From Mytilus edulis (lineage: Eukaryota): a DNA stretch of 64,000 bases. The stretch is from the NCBI RefSeq assembly GCF_963676685.1, contig NC_092347.1, positions 86,304,001 through 86,368,000 on the forward strand, written 5' to 3'. Below are positions 13,038-26,825 of the stretch, piece by piece (within the stretch, counting starts at the first letter, position 1; each line of letters opens with the position of its first letter). The position numbers and the translations under genes are program-made. Under the pieces are notes generated by a model, which was not told the origin of the DNA, did no database searches, and was given only the letters and a program-made list of their open reading frames with translations.

Positions 13038-14581
13038 CTGTATTACTAGTATGTATAAGTTAAAAACAAAGGATGACCTTGATGAGTCTTATCACTTACT
13101 TATTTAAGAATGACAGAAGTTATTTTGTGAAATATATAGTCGATAATGATGGTAGGTCCGATGACATATATCCGTTAACTTATAAGTACATTTAACTTAA
13201 ATCACTTTCTTCACCCATCTCTTAACGAGTACTTTCATTTGTTGAATTGTTTTAACGGATATAAAGGTTCGATTCTTATGCGTCTTAATATTTATCAAAT
13301 ATTCAAGACTTTCCCCTTAAACGATCTTCCGAAGGAAAAAACCAAAGCATTTGTATTTTTTTTAATACCGTATCTATGTCAATCCTTTTTCTGCCTCTTT
13401 ATTACGGTTGTTTTCATTGGAACAGAAGGCTACACATCCTCGTTCATTTGATATATCTAATAGTGGGTTATTAGTCCCCGAAGGGTACTTCATGAGTCCT
13501 CACTTGTGATGGTAAACTATTAAAAGATCCGACACGATCACTCTTTCTTTTTCCTAATACATCGTGCGAGAATGCATGCATGTGATCACTGGGGCGATTC
13601 AAAACGACAAAGTGTTGGGATTACGTGTTTTATATATTAAGTTGGTAGTTTCGACTATAGATATGTTTATCAAAATAAGAAGACTAGGTATTATTGCCAA
13701 TGAAACAACTATCCATCAGAGACCAAATGATGCAATGATAGTTTACCCCACAGCCTTCAACAATGAACATACCGTATAGTAATTTACAAAAAGGGAAACA
13801 ATTCAAACGAGAAAAAAATCGGCCATGATTACTGCGGGGGGGGGGGGGGGGGGGGGGGGAACACGAAAACCAATGCAATGATTATTTAAAACAATAATCT
13901 CATCATGTTAACTGTGAGCGTAATTCATTTAAGTTTTTCTTCAATTAGATGTAACATGGGACGATATTTACTAAGTTAGTTTTATAATAAATTGTGATTC
14001 ATAGCAATGCACGAAGAACTCCACTATTAAAGGAGTGCAATTGGTATACGTGACATGAATATACAATATGTGTCGATACACATTATTGTCGAAACGAACG
14101 TAGAGGTTGTCAACGAGAAAAATTACATTTAACCTAGCATATTTAGTTTTTCTGTATTAGAAGTTAAACAAAATGATATATTTAACATTCCAGAATCTAC
14201 TTAATTCATATGGCAGTAACAATTACTTGAGTGAATAAAAATGCAAAAATCACAAACAAATCAGCAAGTAAGTAATCTTTATTCAAAGTCGAAAACACAA
14301 ATAAACATTTACATACAATAATAAATCTTGATTTATATCGACAGTGGAACGTTTTTAGTATTGCACATGCTGATTTATCCGTATTAGGGCTTATTTGCTC
14401 ATATCATTTAATAACATGGAATATGGGTTCTTTATATTAGGACTATTATCACACGCTGATATATTATAAAAACATAACATAATTAATTACATATAATAAA
14501 AACATAGTTAGGCAATACATAGTTAACACACCATGGGTAATACAAACTAAGGGCATGCTTATAAAAACATGGAAGCATATT

Positions 14582-14811
14582 CACGGTAAGTGTAGTTTCC
14601 GGCTAGGATCGAGGTTTTTCGAGTGATTCGGTCCATTTTTTTCAAGTGTTACTTTAATATAACTTTGTATATTAAACCGTGACAAGCGTCTATAGATATC
14701 ACGTCTTTTTAGAGATTAAGTCTGTTTGTTTACATTTTTGTTCATATTCACCAGAAAAAAGTGGTCACACTCGAAAAACCACGATCCTAGCCAGACAGTA
14801 TACCTACCGTG
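14582..14811. mobile_element. 230-bp MITE, Transib-like (CAC termini, 5-bp TSD)
   Basis: Imperfect ~45-bp TIRs CACGGTAAG...GGCTAGGATCGAGGTTTTTCGAGTG and CACTCGAAAAACCACGATCCTAGCC...CTACCGTG, flanked on both sides by ATATT. Confidence 0.8.
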
Positions 14812-15335
14812 ATATTTACTATCCACAAACAAGCATTACAAAGCATTATCAATAAACTAAGCACATGAAGAAAAGACAAATAAAGGCGCTAATAGTCTTA
14901 GAAACACAAGGATGCCAGGCCGGTGTCAAGACTGCATATAAACCTTTGAAACTGATGATTTGCTGTTATTTTAAAGACCTGAAATGGTCTGATAGAGTCT
15001 GTTCTATAAATCCTTACTGCAGAAGTAAATAATTTTTTTTAATCATACAGACTATTACAGTTATAAAACCCGGCGGCAAAAACAATGGATTTGTTTTTAT
15101 ATTAGATCTTATCTGGAACAATGATCTTTTTTCTATCTTTCAAAACCTCTAAAATTTCAGAAAAGCAAGAGTAGCACCTCTAGCGTTGTCTTACATTATC
15201 TCACGGTTGTATTACATGAACAATTTTGGTAACTGATCCTGCTAATTTAGGTTCAAGCTCGGAGTTGCTGGACGTAATTTTGTAAGTTTTTAAAGCGCAC
15301 TGATGATCGAAATTTTAGTTTCAAATCAATCAACC

Positions 15336-18300
15336 ATGGCACATGAAAATAAACGACTTTTCAATGAAGATTCGGCCTTCCTGATGGAGTATCAGGCAAA
15401 TCAGAAAATCGTGCAGAAATCTCCACAACAAATAAGCCTATTGTCAGGAAAGGTATGCACCATGTAATGGCGAACACACCAAATATGTATATGGTTCATA
15501 TAAATTATTAATTTATAGAAAAAAATATATGGCACACAAATCAAAATTGAAACACAGACACTTGACTGGCTTGTTTCTATCCATCATGATTTAGAGGTCG
15601 ACTAGTAAGACAAAAATATTCGATTAAGATGAAAAATGTTTAGCCAGCACTATTTATTAGTGCTCGAACTTACAATTTTGGTTACTATTTTTATTTTTAT
15701 CCTTTTTTATGCTTTATCCTTGATAGAAGTATTCAGTTGGATATCTAAATTATAAACATGTTATACAGGTACAATACTTTTTCTTGCTTATGACAGATTT
15801 ATAACAAGGACATACATGTAAGAGAGTCGTAATGGGGGAACCTTCATGAGGCATAAAATTATGGTAAAATATCTTGCCAAATGACGACAACGGTAAATTT
15901 TGGTCCATAACTTTAAAATGTACCTGATCTTTAAGACAATCTTTAAATCCCTGAAAAAAAAGGTAACAATAATTATTTGAGACCTCTGACAAATCACAAT
16001 AAGGATATTTGGACGAAACACTGTAAAGTTTTAACTATTCTTCTTCTTCCAGGTAAGGAACCGAATTCAAATTTGAATGTATGAGGTCCTGTGAAAACTA
16101 ACGCAATGTCGGACAACACAGAAAGTTTTCTCTTGGCTATTTACATGATAAAACGTTCTCTATATATATATACAATTAAAACTATGTACAGGATGTTACT
16201 GTCTAAATTTTAGCAGAGCATGCCTTCAGGGTAGCTCTGAATCCATCAACTGTGTCAGCTGATGTTGGCAGTTGGTTCCATTCTCTAATGGTGCTTGGAA
16301 AAAATTATTGTCCAAAGGTGTCTGTCATGGCCCTTTCTTGGAAGAAGTGGTTTTTACCTCCGGTCCAGCTATCATTTGGCGTCAGATATTGGTGCCTATC
16401 TATGTCTATTAGATCATGTTGGATTTTGAACAGCATGCATAGCCTATTTTGTTTCCTGCGGTTTTCAAGGCTTTCCCATTTTAAAGATGTTACCATTTTT
16501 GTTACACAGCCAGGTTTGCGGTCTGTGTAGTTGTTGTTTACAAATCTAGCTGCTCTTTTCTGTACCTGTTCAGGGGTTAAAAAAATTTGTAACAGCTAAC
16601 TAGCCCAGGATATATTGGCAGCAGGATTTCACTAGCCCTGTTGGAAGAACTGCTAGTCCGTCAAAACTGACCTGCTAGCTATAGTATGCCTTACAAATCA
16701 AGAGTTTACTGCATAATACAAAGTGTGTGTCCTTTGTTTTGAAGGAGACATTATACACTGTATTTCATATTTTTGTTACTCTGCTATTTATTCGGCTGGT
16801 GCTTAATCTAACTTAGTTGTTCCCACATTCAAAGCAGATTTTTTTTTTGGCGTGCTTGGGGCAATTAAGGGCAATTTTTACAGAGCATCGTCTGTTTTTG
16901 TCATCAGCAACAGCCAACCTTGCCAAGGGAATCATTGTGTCCTAGTTCTGCCAACTGTTTTTTACAGGTAGTAAATAAGGTAAATGCGTGAGTTTTTGGC
17001 CAAATTGTAAAGATCAAAGAAAAAAAACAATAGATCAAAGGCAAATGCTTTCAAATTAGTATGAAAATGAGTGAATCTCGCGCAAAGGACTTGGCAGGCT
17101 TCCCGTCTTGGACACTACAAAAACATTTCCGCTTTTCCCGGTCGTATTTGGCATTTTTGGGGATGACTTGTCAGTCTCATTACCCCCTTCATCTACAGTT
17201 TTCGTTTTGAAACTGATGAAGTTCCTGGGGTTCCCGTATTAAAATATTTTGTTGCATGATTTTGTGCTCAAGAGTTGTGCAACAAGACAGGTCAATACTG
17301 ATCAATACATCATACCCCCAAATACCGTTAATTGAAAATCTCGGCATTAGCAATGTACAATACCCAAAGCCATGGTATGAGAAATCGACATTTAAAGTAT
17401 GAGAATTGCAATCAACACATGATACCGAGCAGCCAGAGTTGTTTTTCTATTTTTAAAATATGTACAACAGGACCTGTACAAACCAGTTCATATTCTTAGA
17501 ATCCCGGATGACTTAATTGAATCGGATTGGCTAACATAGAATAGTGATGCCTTCTATTTTGGAAACGTCAAGAATTTTTTATTACTAGTCGGGCATATCG
17601 GGTTACACATTTTAACTGCCCGAGGTGTAAATGATCTAGTCCCGGGCGTCGGGCTAGTGGAATTTTTAACCCCTGCTGTTCGGTTGCTTTTATTTTAGCC
17701 TGTTTCATCAGGTAGTGTTGCCTGATACATCCCAATGTTCATAATCATGAATATGATAGCTGTTTTAAGGAAATTTGCGACTCGTGTGATGAAATAAACA
17801 TTTTGCCGCCATTTTTTCCAATCAATAACAAAGGGAAATAATCCAATCATTAAAGTTACGGGTCAACTCGGACCACAACAAGATGAAACGGCACACTCAA
17901 AATCATGTCACAAAAATAAAATAAAATGAAAATACTGACCTACCTACATGTACCCTACTTTTTTAAAGCATGTAACCTTAAACAGACATATTTTTTTTGG
18001 CCTAAAGAAAAAAAATTATCCACTTCATGGTCTAGTGGATAAGACTTGTAAGTTACATGTATTGATACAGTACTGAAGGTCCAAGGTTCAATTCTGACTC
18101 CATTCTTTGGAAATTTCAGAACATTAGATTTTCACACAAATCTCTGGTACTAAGACCCAAGTTTGAACCAGAAGAAGTACCCCAGTGGCCCAAGACGAAG
18201 ATAAATCTGTTGATATCTCTTTGATTTGTCTTTTCCTGCAAAGCATCCCAACGATTCTTTCCTAGTACTTTGGCTTCCTACAACATAATAACAGACTTTT

Positions 18301-21300
18301 CCTGCCAAGCATCCCAACGATTCTTTCCTAGCACTTGGGCTTCCTACAACATAATAACAGACTTTTCCTGGTGTCCTAGCACTTCCTTTGTGATACATGT
18401 ATGATGGATACAAAATGTATTGTCAAAACAGTTTTATACATGTGAATATTGTTAAATTCTGATTTCTATATGTTAATGACACATCTCCATTATTCCTGAT
18501 AGGGAGTGGACATTTGTACACAAATTCCACTGTACCCATGAAGCTCTCGAGAGGTGCTCTTGAAATAATTGAGGGATGTTTGTAGTGTTCACATTAAAAT
18601 AAATTTTATAAAAAGATGATGACAGTCATGACAGTATCCATATTGCATGGTGCCCTTGGTTTGTTACCCAGTATTATTTTGCTTAATCAATTTACGACCA
18701 TTGAACAGCTCTATATACATGTATATACTACTATTGCCTTTATTCCTAACAGGAAACCCATTAGTCATGTTTATAATGATTTAGGTATTCAATAATCTTT
18801 TCTAAACTAGTTATATAGAAAATCAATACCAACCCATGGAATTTATAGAGTGTTGTTTTTATTTGTATGACCTCCTACCCTCTAGTGAAGGGGGCATAAA
18901 ATAAAACTTGACCATCCAGTGTCCATTTGTTCTTCCTTTTGTCCCATTTTCATTTCTGCACCCTTACTTAGCTTTTTTCATCCAAATTTTATGAAACTCG
19001 TACACAATCCTAAGAACCAAAACTCAAATAGAGTTAAAATTTGGGCACTTACTGTTTTAGAATAATGCCTAAGTTGACCACAGCGTGGTAGACTTTGAAT
19101 CTATTTATAAACAACACATCTTTTTTTTGTTTCAGATAAGAAGTAATTTGCCTGGTAGTTTGTTACAGCAGCAAGCTTCAAGGTAGATATGTTTGTACAA
19201 TGTATACATTTATCTTTCCTCATAATAAAAAAGGGTAATCACACAAATTTTGTTATTGCATACTGAATATTTTAATTCTTTAAATTTGATATTCTTATTA
19301 CATTATACACTTTAAAATTCCCCTCTTTCAAAATTCATGAACATCATGGTTCCAGTGAAACTACAATTTTGAAAATGACTGTCATACTTTTGGTCTTACC
19401 CCCATCCTCTTAAAAATGTCGATTGAAAACATTGAAATGGTCAGTGTTCAAATCATCATTATAAATTTGTTGAGATACATTGGTTTCTATTATACTTATC
19501 ATTTCACTAGTAACAATATATACAGAAAGTTTTTGTTGGTCATTGTTGGTATTGAAATAGCATTTTTTTTTCAAGAATGAAAATTTGCATGGAATTATCA
19601 AAGGTCGAATGAGAATTTGCATGGAATTATCAAGGTTGAATGAAAATTTGCATGGAATTATCAAGGTTGGGTGAAAATTTGCATGGAATTGTCAAGGTCG
19701 AGTGAAAATTTGCATGGATTTATCAAGGATGGAAATTTGTATGGTTTTCTCAATGACAAAAACTTCCATCATGCAAATTGCTAATGACTTTTTTCTGTAA
19801 CAGTCTTCATTTAAATAACCACTTTTTTTCAACAAGACCGTAAGTGTTGTACACAATCATTTTAACTGAACTGGTGCTATCTTATATTATTTCTTCATAA
19901 TTTTATACATGTATGAATACTTGTTTTGAAACCTGGCTACAAACCTTTTTTTTTTAGATTAACCAGTGGAGTATCATCACGTTCTCTTGCACAGAAACAG
20001 TATTACAGAAAACTCAAAAGATTGAAGAAAGTTGTCAAAGATCTTATATTTGTAAGTATTGTTAAAAGTCCTGCACAATCCAGGACATCCTCTCAAACAT
20101 GTCAAAAGGAATGGATGATGCTTGTTCATGTACTGCTAAATCATGTTTTATGATTAAAGATAAACATAAATGTTAATAATTATCTTACCTCCTATACATT
20201 TCCAGGAATATGATTGGTTAAAAGCGTCTGCGTGCAAACCGTGTATATTTGATATTAGGTTAGTAGGGAGGCGGGGCTTATCTCATACACGGTTAGCAGT
20301 GAAGTTACGTCCCTTTATATTCCTTATTAGGTAAGAAGGGGGCGGGGCTTATTTCATACATGGTTAGTAATGGTGTTATGTCCCTTTGTAAAAAACAAAA
20401 CAGTACTGAGAAAAAATCTTAAAAGTTCCAACAGACGAAGAAATTGATGATTAAGATTGAAACAAATTCATAAAACACATTTAAACCTTACAAGTTGTTA
20501 TTGTTGGCATCTGTTTTTGTAGGATCAATGGAAGTATTTTTTTAGCGCTAACAGTATTGAAGACTTGCTCGTTTTGAGAATCACTAGTCTTAATTTCACA
20601 CGTTAAGATAGTCTGTAAGATAAATTCGTTACATAGTGTGCCAGTGACGTAATACAGTATATATGGGGTCAGTAAATTCCATATGGGGTGAGAGCGTATT
20701 TTAGCGACTGAGAGCTATCAAGTTAAGCAAAATTATCTTAAGTTAGTTTTTGCTGTAATTAAACTATAATTATTTTTGCTGTATTTTTCAGGTTAATGCT
20801 GCCATATGTGATGAAGTTGTGAGAGTAGAGGAAAAAGTTGCCAAAGTCAAAGAAGAAAGGAGGTAAAATGTGTGGATAGGAATAGATATTCATTTATTTT
20901 AATGGGTACCGGTACAAAATTTTGTGAATTGAGGGAAACTGTATTTCAATTTGTCATCGATATATGATTTTGTGGTTTTGCAAAAGACTGCATATATTTA
21001 TAAAGAAAATTTGTAATTCTTTGGAAATTTGATTCTTTATTCCCAATACCCATGTATTCCACAAAAATTGTTATCGAACAAATAAATATGAGTGCACAGT
21101 AATATACTACTATAGAAATATTTGTATATATATTAGATGGTGATAAGGTTATACACTTATTGAATTAAATGAAGTGTGGGTTATAGAACAATGGTACATA
21201 TATGCATTAACACACCTAAACTGAAAAAACTTCTAGAAATCAACATAGACCTTCAACAGTGAACAAATGTTATACCTAACTTTAAGCTCTCAATATTAAT

Positions 21301-22434
21301 GAAGAGGCTTCTTTGTCTTGACAATGATAGTATAAGACAATATAGTATGATTTCCAATGTGACAACTATCCACCATAGACAAAATGATGAAGATGTAGAT
21401 TTTTTTTTTGTCATTTCAGATTTCTTTTAAGGAAAGTTCTACATTATCAGTCCCAGTCAGATATTCCAGCTGCTATCAGTAAAACTCCTCCATCAATTGT
21501 CAAAGTGAAGGAAGAACCTATTGACACACAGACCAAGGCTAAACCAAAGAAAAAACCTGACAAGAAACGACCACCAACTACTAAACAAATACTAGGTAAT
21601 TAAGGTTGAGAGCTGTGGATAACACCAACACATTAAGAAATCAAAGCTGTTATATTCATTATATTCTAGTTTACAAGCTGACCATATGGATAATGCATAT
21701 TAAAGAAGAAAATGAAATGTTTTATATGATCATGCCATATATCTTTCTATGATTAATTTAATAATACATTGTACTTACAGAAGGGTTACCTCCACCCAAA
21801 CCTAAGAAAGGAGGTAAAAATCAGCCAACAAAGAAAGTTATACCTCCATTACAGCTGGATTCATTAGGGAGACCCGTCTTTCCTCTGATTATAGGAGACT
21901 TAACAATACACAGCATTGGAGAGGTATATATGTTACACTGGTCACATCACATGTTGTAAAGTCATTAGGAGCATTTTTTAATTTCTGTAGAATATCTTTT
22001 TTTGTTTGCCGATACTTTTTCAATATCTATGAGTTACTATAAGTACAGCCTGTTTTCTGATACTTCGATATTTTGAATGATCTGATAATTTTTATTACAC
22101 ATTCCTTAAATACTACAGAATAACTTTATCATTGGTCAGACATCTACTGACTATTTTGTGATACTTTAGACAGGTTACATTACTTTATAGTTTTAGTGTA
22201 TGTTTAGACACTGTGTAAATAATACATTTTGTTTTGTTTACAGATTGTGGTAGACAGACCAGGATTTCATTCTGTATCTAATATCTATCCTGAGGGGTTC
22301 TGTAGTACCAGAGTATATGTTGATGTTAATAATGTAGACAATAGATGTTTGTACACATGTAAAATATCTGATGGTGGAAAAGGACCAGTGGTAAGTCTAT
22401 CCTGAGAGGTTCTGTAGTACCAGAGTACCAAAAA

Positions 22435-22465
<31 letters not shown>

Positions 22466-25400
22466 CTGCAAGAAATTTTAAATCCTCAATTGAATAAACA
22501 AGAAATCTGCTATAACCTATTACATTTATCAACTATTTTCAGCTTATTAACGACACACATTCGTGTATCTGCTTTTTCATGGTTACAAGGGGATAGCTGG
22601 AAAGCATCTGTATTGAAATTGCAAAGAAAATTTTTCCCCCTAAGTAACATTAGTATTTTTATTAGTCGCTAAAGAAGCAATTATATGTTTTGTTAAACAG
22701 AGTTTACCATGATGCTGTGGTTACTACAACTAAAAACTAAGTATATATGTTCTTACCATATAACATTTTTAGAATAAATGTAAACTCACATTTTTGTGGT
22801 TCAAAGAATCTGGATATGTGATGTGATATATCAAAAGGATATTTTACTCTGTTCAGGGAATCTAGTTGTCATTGATTGTAATGTTTGTCCTGGTTCAATG
22901 AACAAATGTTATCTAGAATGAAGTATTTTTGAATGTATATATGAAAAAAAACATTGTTTGTCTTTAATTTCATACAATTTATTTAAGATCTGAAGTGTTT
23001 ATCTGTGTCATCTATTTCTTTAAATTTGGAACACCATATGTATGTGCACATATTCTGTATATTGACCCCTTGTACATTTGTATGGAGCACTACCATGAGA
23101 TTGTCCACATTTGTATGGAGCACTACCATGAGATTGTCCACATTTGTATGGAGCACTACCATGAGATTGTTCACATTTGTATGGAGCACTACCATGAGAT
23201 TGTCCACATTTGTATGGAGCACTACCATGAGATTGTTCACATTTGTATGGAGCACTACCATGAGATTGTTCACATTTGTATGGAGCACTACCATGAGATT
23301 GTTCACATTTGTATGGAGCACTACCATGAGATTGTTCACATTTGTATGGAGCACTACCGTGAGATTGTTCACATTTGTATGGAGCACTACCATGGGATTG
23401 TTCACATTTGTATGGAGCACTACCGTGAGATTGTTCACATTTGTATGGAGCACTACCATGAGATTGTTCACATTTGTATGGAGCACTACCATGGAATTGT
23501 TCACATTTGTATGGAGCACTACCGTGAGATTGTTCACATTTGTACCAAGGAAGATAACTGAATCATTCAATGAATCAATTTTTAATATTGAAAAAAAACT
23601 TGGTCTCTATCAATAGTTGGGTAACAAAACACACAACCCTCTGTAGGTAGAATATCCATATCTAACAGAAACACTAGATCCATGTAGTTTGTGTATATTT
23701 TCATAGATAGATTGCATCATAAAAAATGTCTTCGGTTGTATTTTATACTTTGTATGTCTTTGTAGTTTGAGATAGCATCAGAAGAGAGTCCTGGTGTGGT
23801 ATTCTATAGCAGATCAATATCTGATTGTCATAATCAACTAATTAAAGCAGTTAAGAAAAACAAGTAAGTGCTGGTGTGATAAATATGACATCAAAGTCAA
23901 GTTCAACGAGGATCTTCATATTCAGGGTCTTTTTTTAATGGTTAAAGGGAGGGTTTAAATATTACTACTTGTTCTAAATATGCATGACACATTTGCCACT
24001 GGACAATACACAGGACACTTAGTAAATGATATTAGTTGTAATTTTTATTTGTCTCTGCTTGACAAAGATAAAAAGAAAACTAGACTTTCAATTGAGATAC
24101 AATCTTGCCCACCCATCAGCCATGTTCTATACACTTTGAAACTTTTGTTTAGTGTACATGTTCAAGTTTGTAATAACGTCAGTTTAAGGAGAACCTCTTT
24201 CATATAAGTCAATAGTATACACTGATATTAGCATTGTCATATCTCACTTCCTTGAAGATTATTTGGTCATGGTTCATTGAATGGTTGGCATAGTTTACGA
24301 AATAAACTTACAATTAAATATTCAGGTCAACAGCACATTATACTAAAATATAGGTTCTCTCTAGACCAAATTTTTTAAAAGGAACAAATATATGAAATGC
24401 CAAGTGTTATCACACAATTACAAGTGTCTAAATTTATAACTATCTGGAAGAACTTGTCAAAAGTCGAAATAACAGTAAGAAAATATCTCAGAAAATAGAA
24501 GACCAGGTGGTGACAGACAACTATAATAGGTTATATGTAGGGGAAAGTTAGAAAAATGTAAAAATAGGAACTGATGTAATACAATTTTGCACAACTTGCA
24601 CAAGTGGGAATATCAATAGTAAATGAACTCCCAAGTCTTATCTAGTCTAAACATGCTTAAGGATATGAAAACGTAAACAAATCATATGTATAATAATGCA
24701 ATCTTTTCTGATTTCAGAAAATTAGAATTTTTAGAACAAACAGGAAAAGGAGCTGATTTCTTTGGTTTATCACATCCCGTTACACAAAACTTAATACAAA
24801 GTTGTCCTGGTTCTAAACGTTGTACAGGATACAGATGGGTCAAATTTGAAATCAACAAAAATGCAGACACTGTAGAAATGGATGCCCTTGATCCTACAAC
24901 TAGTCACACAGCTCTTAAAATTGTCTTAAATAATGGTGAGTTATACAGCTCTTAAAATTGTATTAAATAATGGTAGGTTATACAGCTCTTAAAATTGTTT
25001 TAAATAAGTTTGAGTTAGTCAAGAAACTTGCTTTGTTTACTGAGATGATAAAATTTGTTACGCATATATGTATGTAGTAAAGGGAGTATTCAGTACAAAA
25101 TAAGATAACAGGATTAACTTAGTCATTATTACAGACCTACGAGACTGAGAAAAATAGCTTTACAACAATAAACAAACCAGACATGATCAACATATATATA
25201 GATGTAGTCTCGCTGAGTAAAGGCATCATCAACATATATATAGATGTAGTCTGGCTGAGTAAAGGCACAAAATGTTGTCAGGTTTCGAGTACACTAACTA
25301 CTTGCCATAAATATGGAATAAAAGTAAAAATCACTATCGCCGTTATATGATTTTGGGGTGTAAAAACTTCAAAGGATGGCTGAAATGAAGAAATATGCCG

Positions 25401-26636
25401 GTAAATTATATTTTTATAACAAACATGATTATTTTTTTTAAACTGAGACAAAGATTCGGCAATTACCGCAAAGGACCCAAAAACAGACAACAATTTCGGC
25501 TAATTTCCTGAATGAAAAACACGACTTCAACGAAGTATTTCTTAATTATTCTTTGACTTGATTGCCCTAAATTTCAGTTCTTTACACCTTTGAAATGTCT
25601 GCTATTTATCTATAATGAAATTGATTTGATAAATATTGTTTAAAGCTACAGTTATTTGGTTTTAAATAGATGTGTAAAAACGGCGAGTATGTGTCCCCCA
25701 TTGACAAAACTTCAAGAAATTTCAAACACCCTTTAATCTAACTTTTCAGATGATTATTTTCAAACAAACACCTTTTCAAGCTTAAGAATATTTCGCATTT
25801 GAAGTTATCTTCATATAGAAATATCAGTTTACTTCAAAAACATATAGACCTGAACATAAACTGTAGAAAACATGGAAATTTATGGCGAAAATAAGCACCT
25901 CACTCTAGTGCTTAATAATTGTAAAAGTTTATAAACAGATGGCTTACGCCAATAATATGGTTTTATCAAACTTTCAAGCAAATTTGAATATAATGGACAT
26001 GGTAGATAAAATAAAATGCATTTCATCCTCAATATCATCAATACACAATGTACAGGTTCTAAGGTTTCTATTAACATTAGAATACCTTTCCTTCTCTATA
26101 GCTAGATTATGTGTTGACAATCTTAATTTGATAATACACTTTTTATAAATTTCATGTATGAGTTTACACAAATATGACTGCAAAGAAAAATTGGATATCA
26201 TATATCTTTACAAAAAACATTTTGATGAACTTTCTGAAGTAGCATTAAACTCTTGTTTGACAATACCACAAAGTCTCTGCTTAATAACCATAATATGATC
26301 TTTACATAAAGAATTTTGTGAATACCACAAATGATTTTAACCAAGATGGAACAATTTTTTTTTAGAAAAGAATTTGTTAAAGGTTAATTAAAAAACACTA
26401 AAAGTTAATGAGATGTTATTAAAAATGTAATGCTGTATAACAAATGTTTCAAAACTATGTTGGTCATTGTAAACTGTTATAAACAAATATGCTTTATATT
26501 TTTATAAAGATTAAATTTATACATTCTCATATTATTTTCTTTTTCAGGATCCAAACTGCCAGAACCATCATCCAACTTAAGATCTCTTTTGACAAACAAA
26601 GCTTTAATGAACACTGCCAAAGTCAGACAGACGTGA
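15336..26636 (+). CDS. TBRG1: TGF-beta regulator 1 (TBRG1/NIAM), FYRN+FYRC protein, 399 aa; join(15336..15452,19136..19182,19958..20051,20792..20862,21420..21595,21781..21923,22244..22390,23766..23863,24718..24935,26548..26636)
   Basis: All ten exons are GT-AG with matching phases and total 1200 nt. Recognisable motifs: NAAICDEVVRVEEK...KEERRFLLRK, LDSLGRPVFPLIIGDLTIHSIGEI..DRPGFH...IYPEGFCSTR, CLYTCKISDGG, and GADFFGLSHPVTQNLIQSCPG..RC..YRWVKFE. AATAAA at 26670 and 26739. Exons 1-2 are the least certain. Confidence 0.93.
16038..17710 (-). mobile_element. 3' fragment of a non-LTR retrotransposon (LINE RT C-terminus), split by the MITE at 16571-17675
   Basis: Translates to ..EQVQKRAARF..VTSLKWESLENRR..RLCMLFKI..FFPSTIREWNQLP, with a (GAA)n tail near 16040. 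The reading frame resumes across the MITE insertion. Confidence 0.85.
16571..17675. mobile_element. 1105-bp non-autonomous DNA transposon with CAGGGGTTAAAAA TIRs and 5-bp TSD CTGTT (hAT5-like)
   Basis: 13-bp perfect TIRs at 16571-16583 and 17663-17675, CTGTT on both flanks, and subterminal ACTAGCCC/GGGCTAGT motifs at both ends. Confidence 0.88.
18021..18205 (+). mobile_element. Degenerate tRNA-derived SINE head
   Basis: A-box-like TGGTCTAGTGGATAAG at 18028 and B-box-like GGTTCAATTC at 18085; no intact cloverleaf. Confidence 0.5.
18231..18370. repeat. 66-bp tandem duplication (about 2.1 copies)
   Basis: TTTTCCTGC.AAGCATCCCAACGATTCTTTCCTAG...ACAACATAATAACAGAC is repeated. Confidence 0.9.
19576..19745. 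repeat. ~30-bp minisatellite (GAAAATTTGCATGGAATTATCAAGG), about 5-6 copies, in TBRG1 intron 2
   Basis: Read directly from the sequence. Confidence 0.9.
23074..23545. repeat. 33-bp minisatellite (ACATTTGTATGGAGCACTACCATGAGATTGTTC), about 14 copies, in TBRG1 intron 7
   Basis: Read directly; it explains the three periodic ORFs at 22983-23616. Confidence 0.97.
24908..25018 (+). repeat. 37-bp tandem triplication spanning the TBRG1 exon 9 donor
   Basis: Three copies: ACAGCTCTTAAAATTGTCTTAAATAATG|GTGAGTTAT, ...AATAATG|GTAGGTTAT and ...AATAAGTTTGAGTTAG, starting at 24908, 24945 and 24982. Confidence 0.93.
25880..26350 (-). mobile_element. Decayed LINE 3' fragment (L2/Crack/CR1-group C-terminal CCHC region)
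   Basis: KLRLSTHNLAIEKERY...RTCTLCIDDIEDEMHF. Confidence 0.8.
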
Positions 26637-26825
26637 CAAAGATGGAATGTTTTTATCATACATTATCTGAATAAAACGACTAGTTATGTAGATATACTTC
26701 TGTTCATAATACATTTTGATACTGAGATATTAATGAGAAATAAATGTTAGTTAAATTTACTTTCTGTTTTGTAAGAAAATATAATATGCTGGTACTTTAA
26801 GAAGAATGGATGGCAGTCTGATTGA

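Noticed and set aside
18021-18100. tRNA gene
   Set aside because: A and B boxes are present, but there is no acceptor stem or anticodon arm; it is treated as a SINE head.
22983-23616. Three periodic ORFs of 188-203 aa
   Set aside because: Products of a stop-poor 33-bp intronic minisatellite. The TBRG1 exons splice in phase around it.
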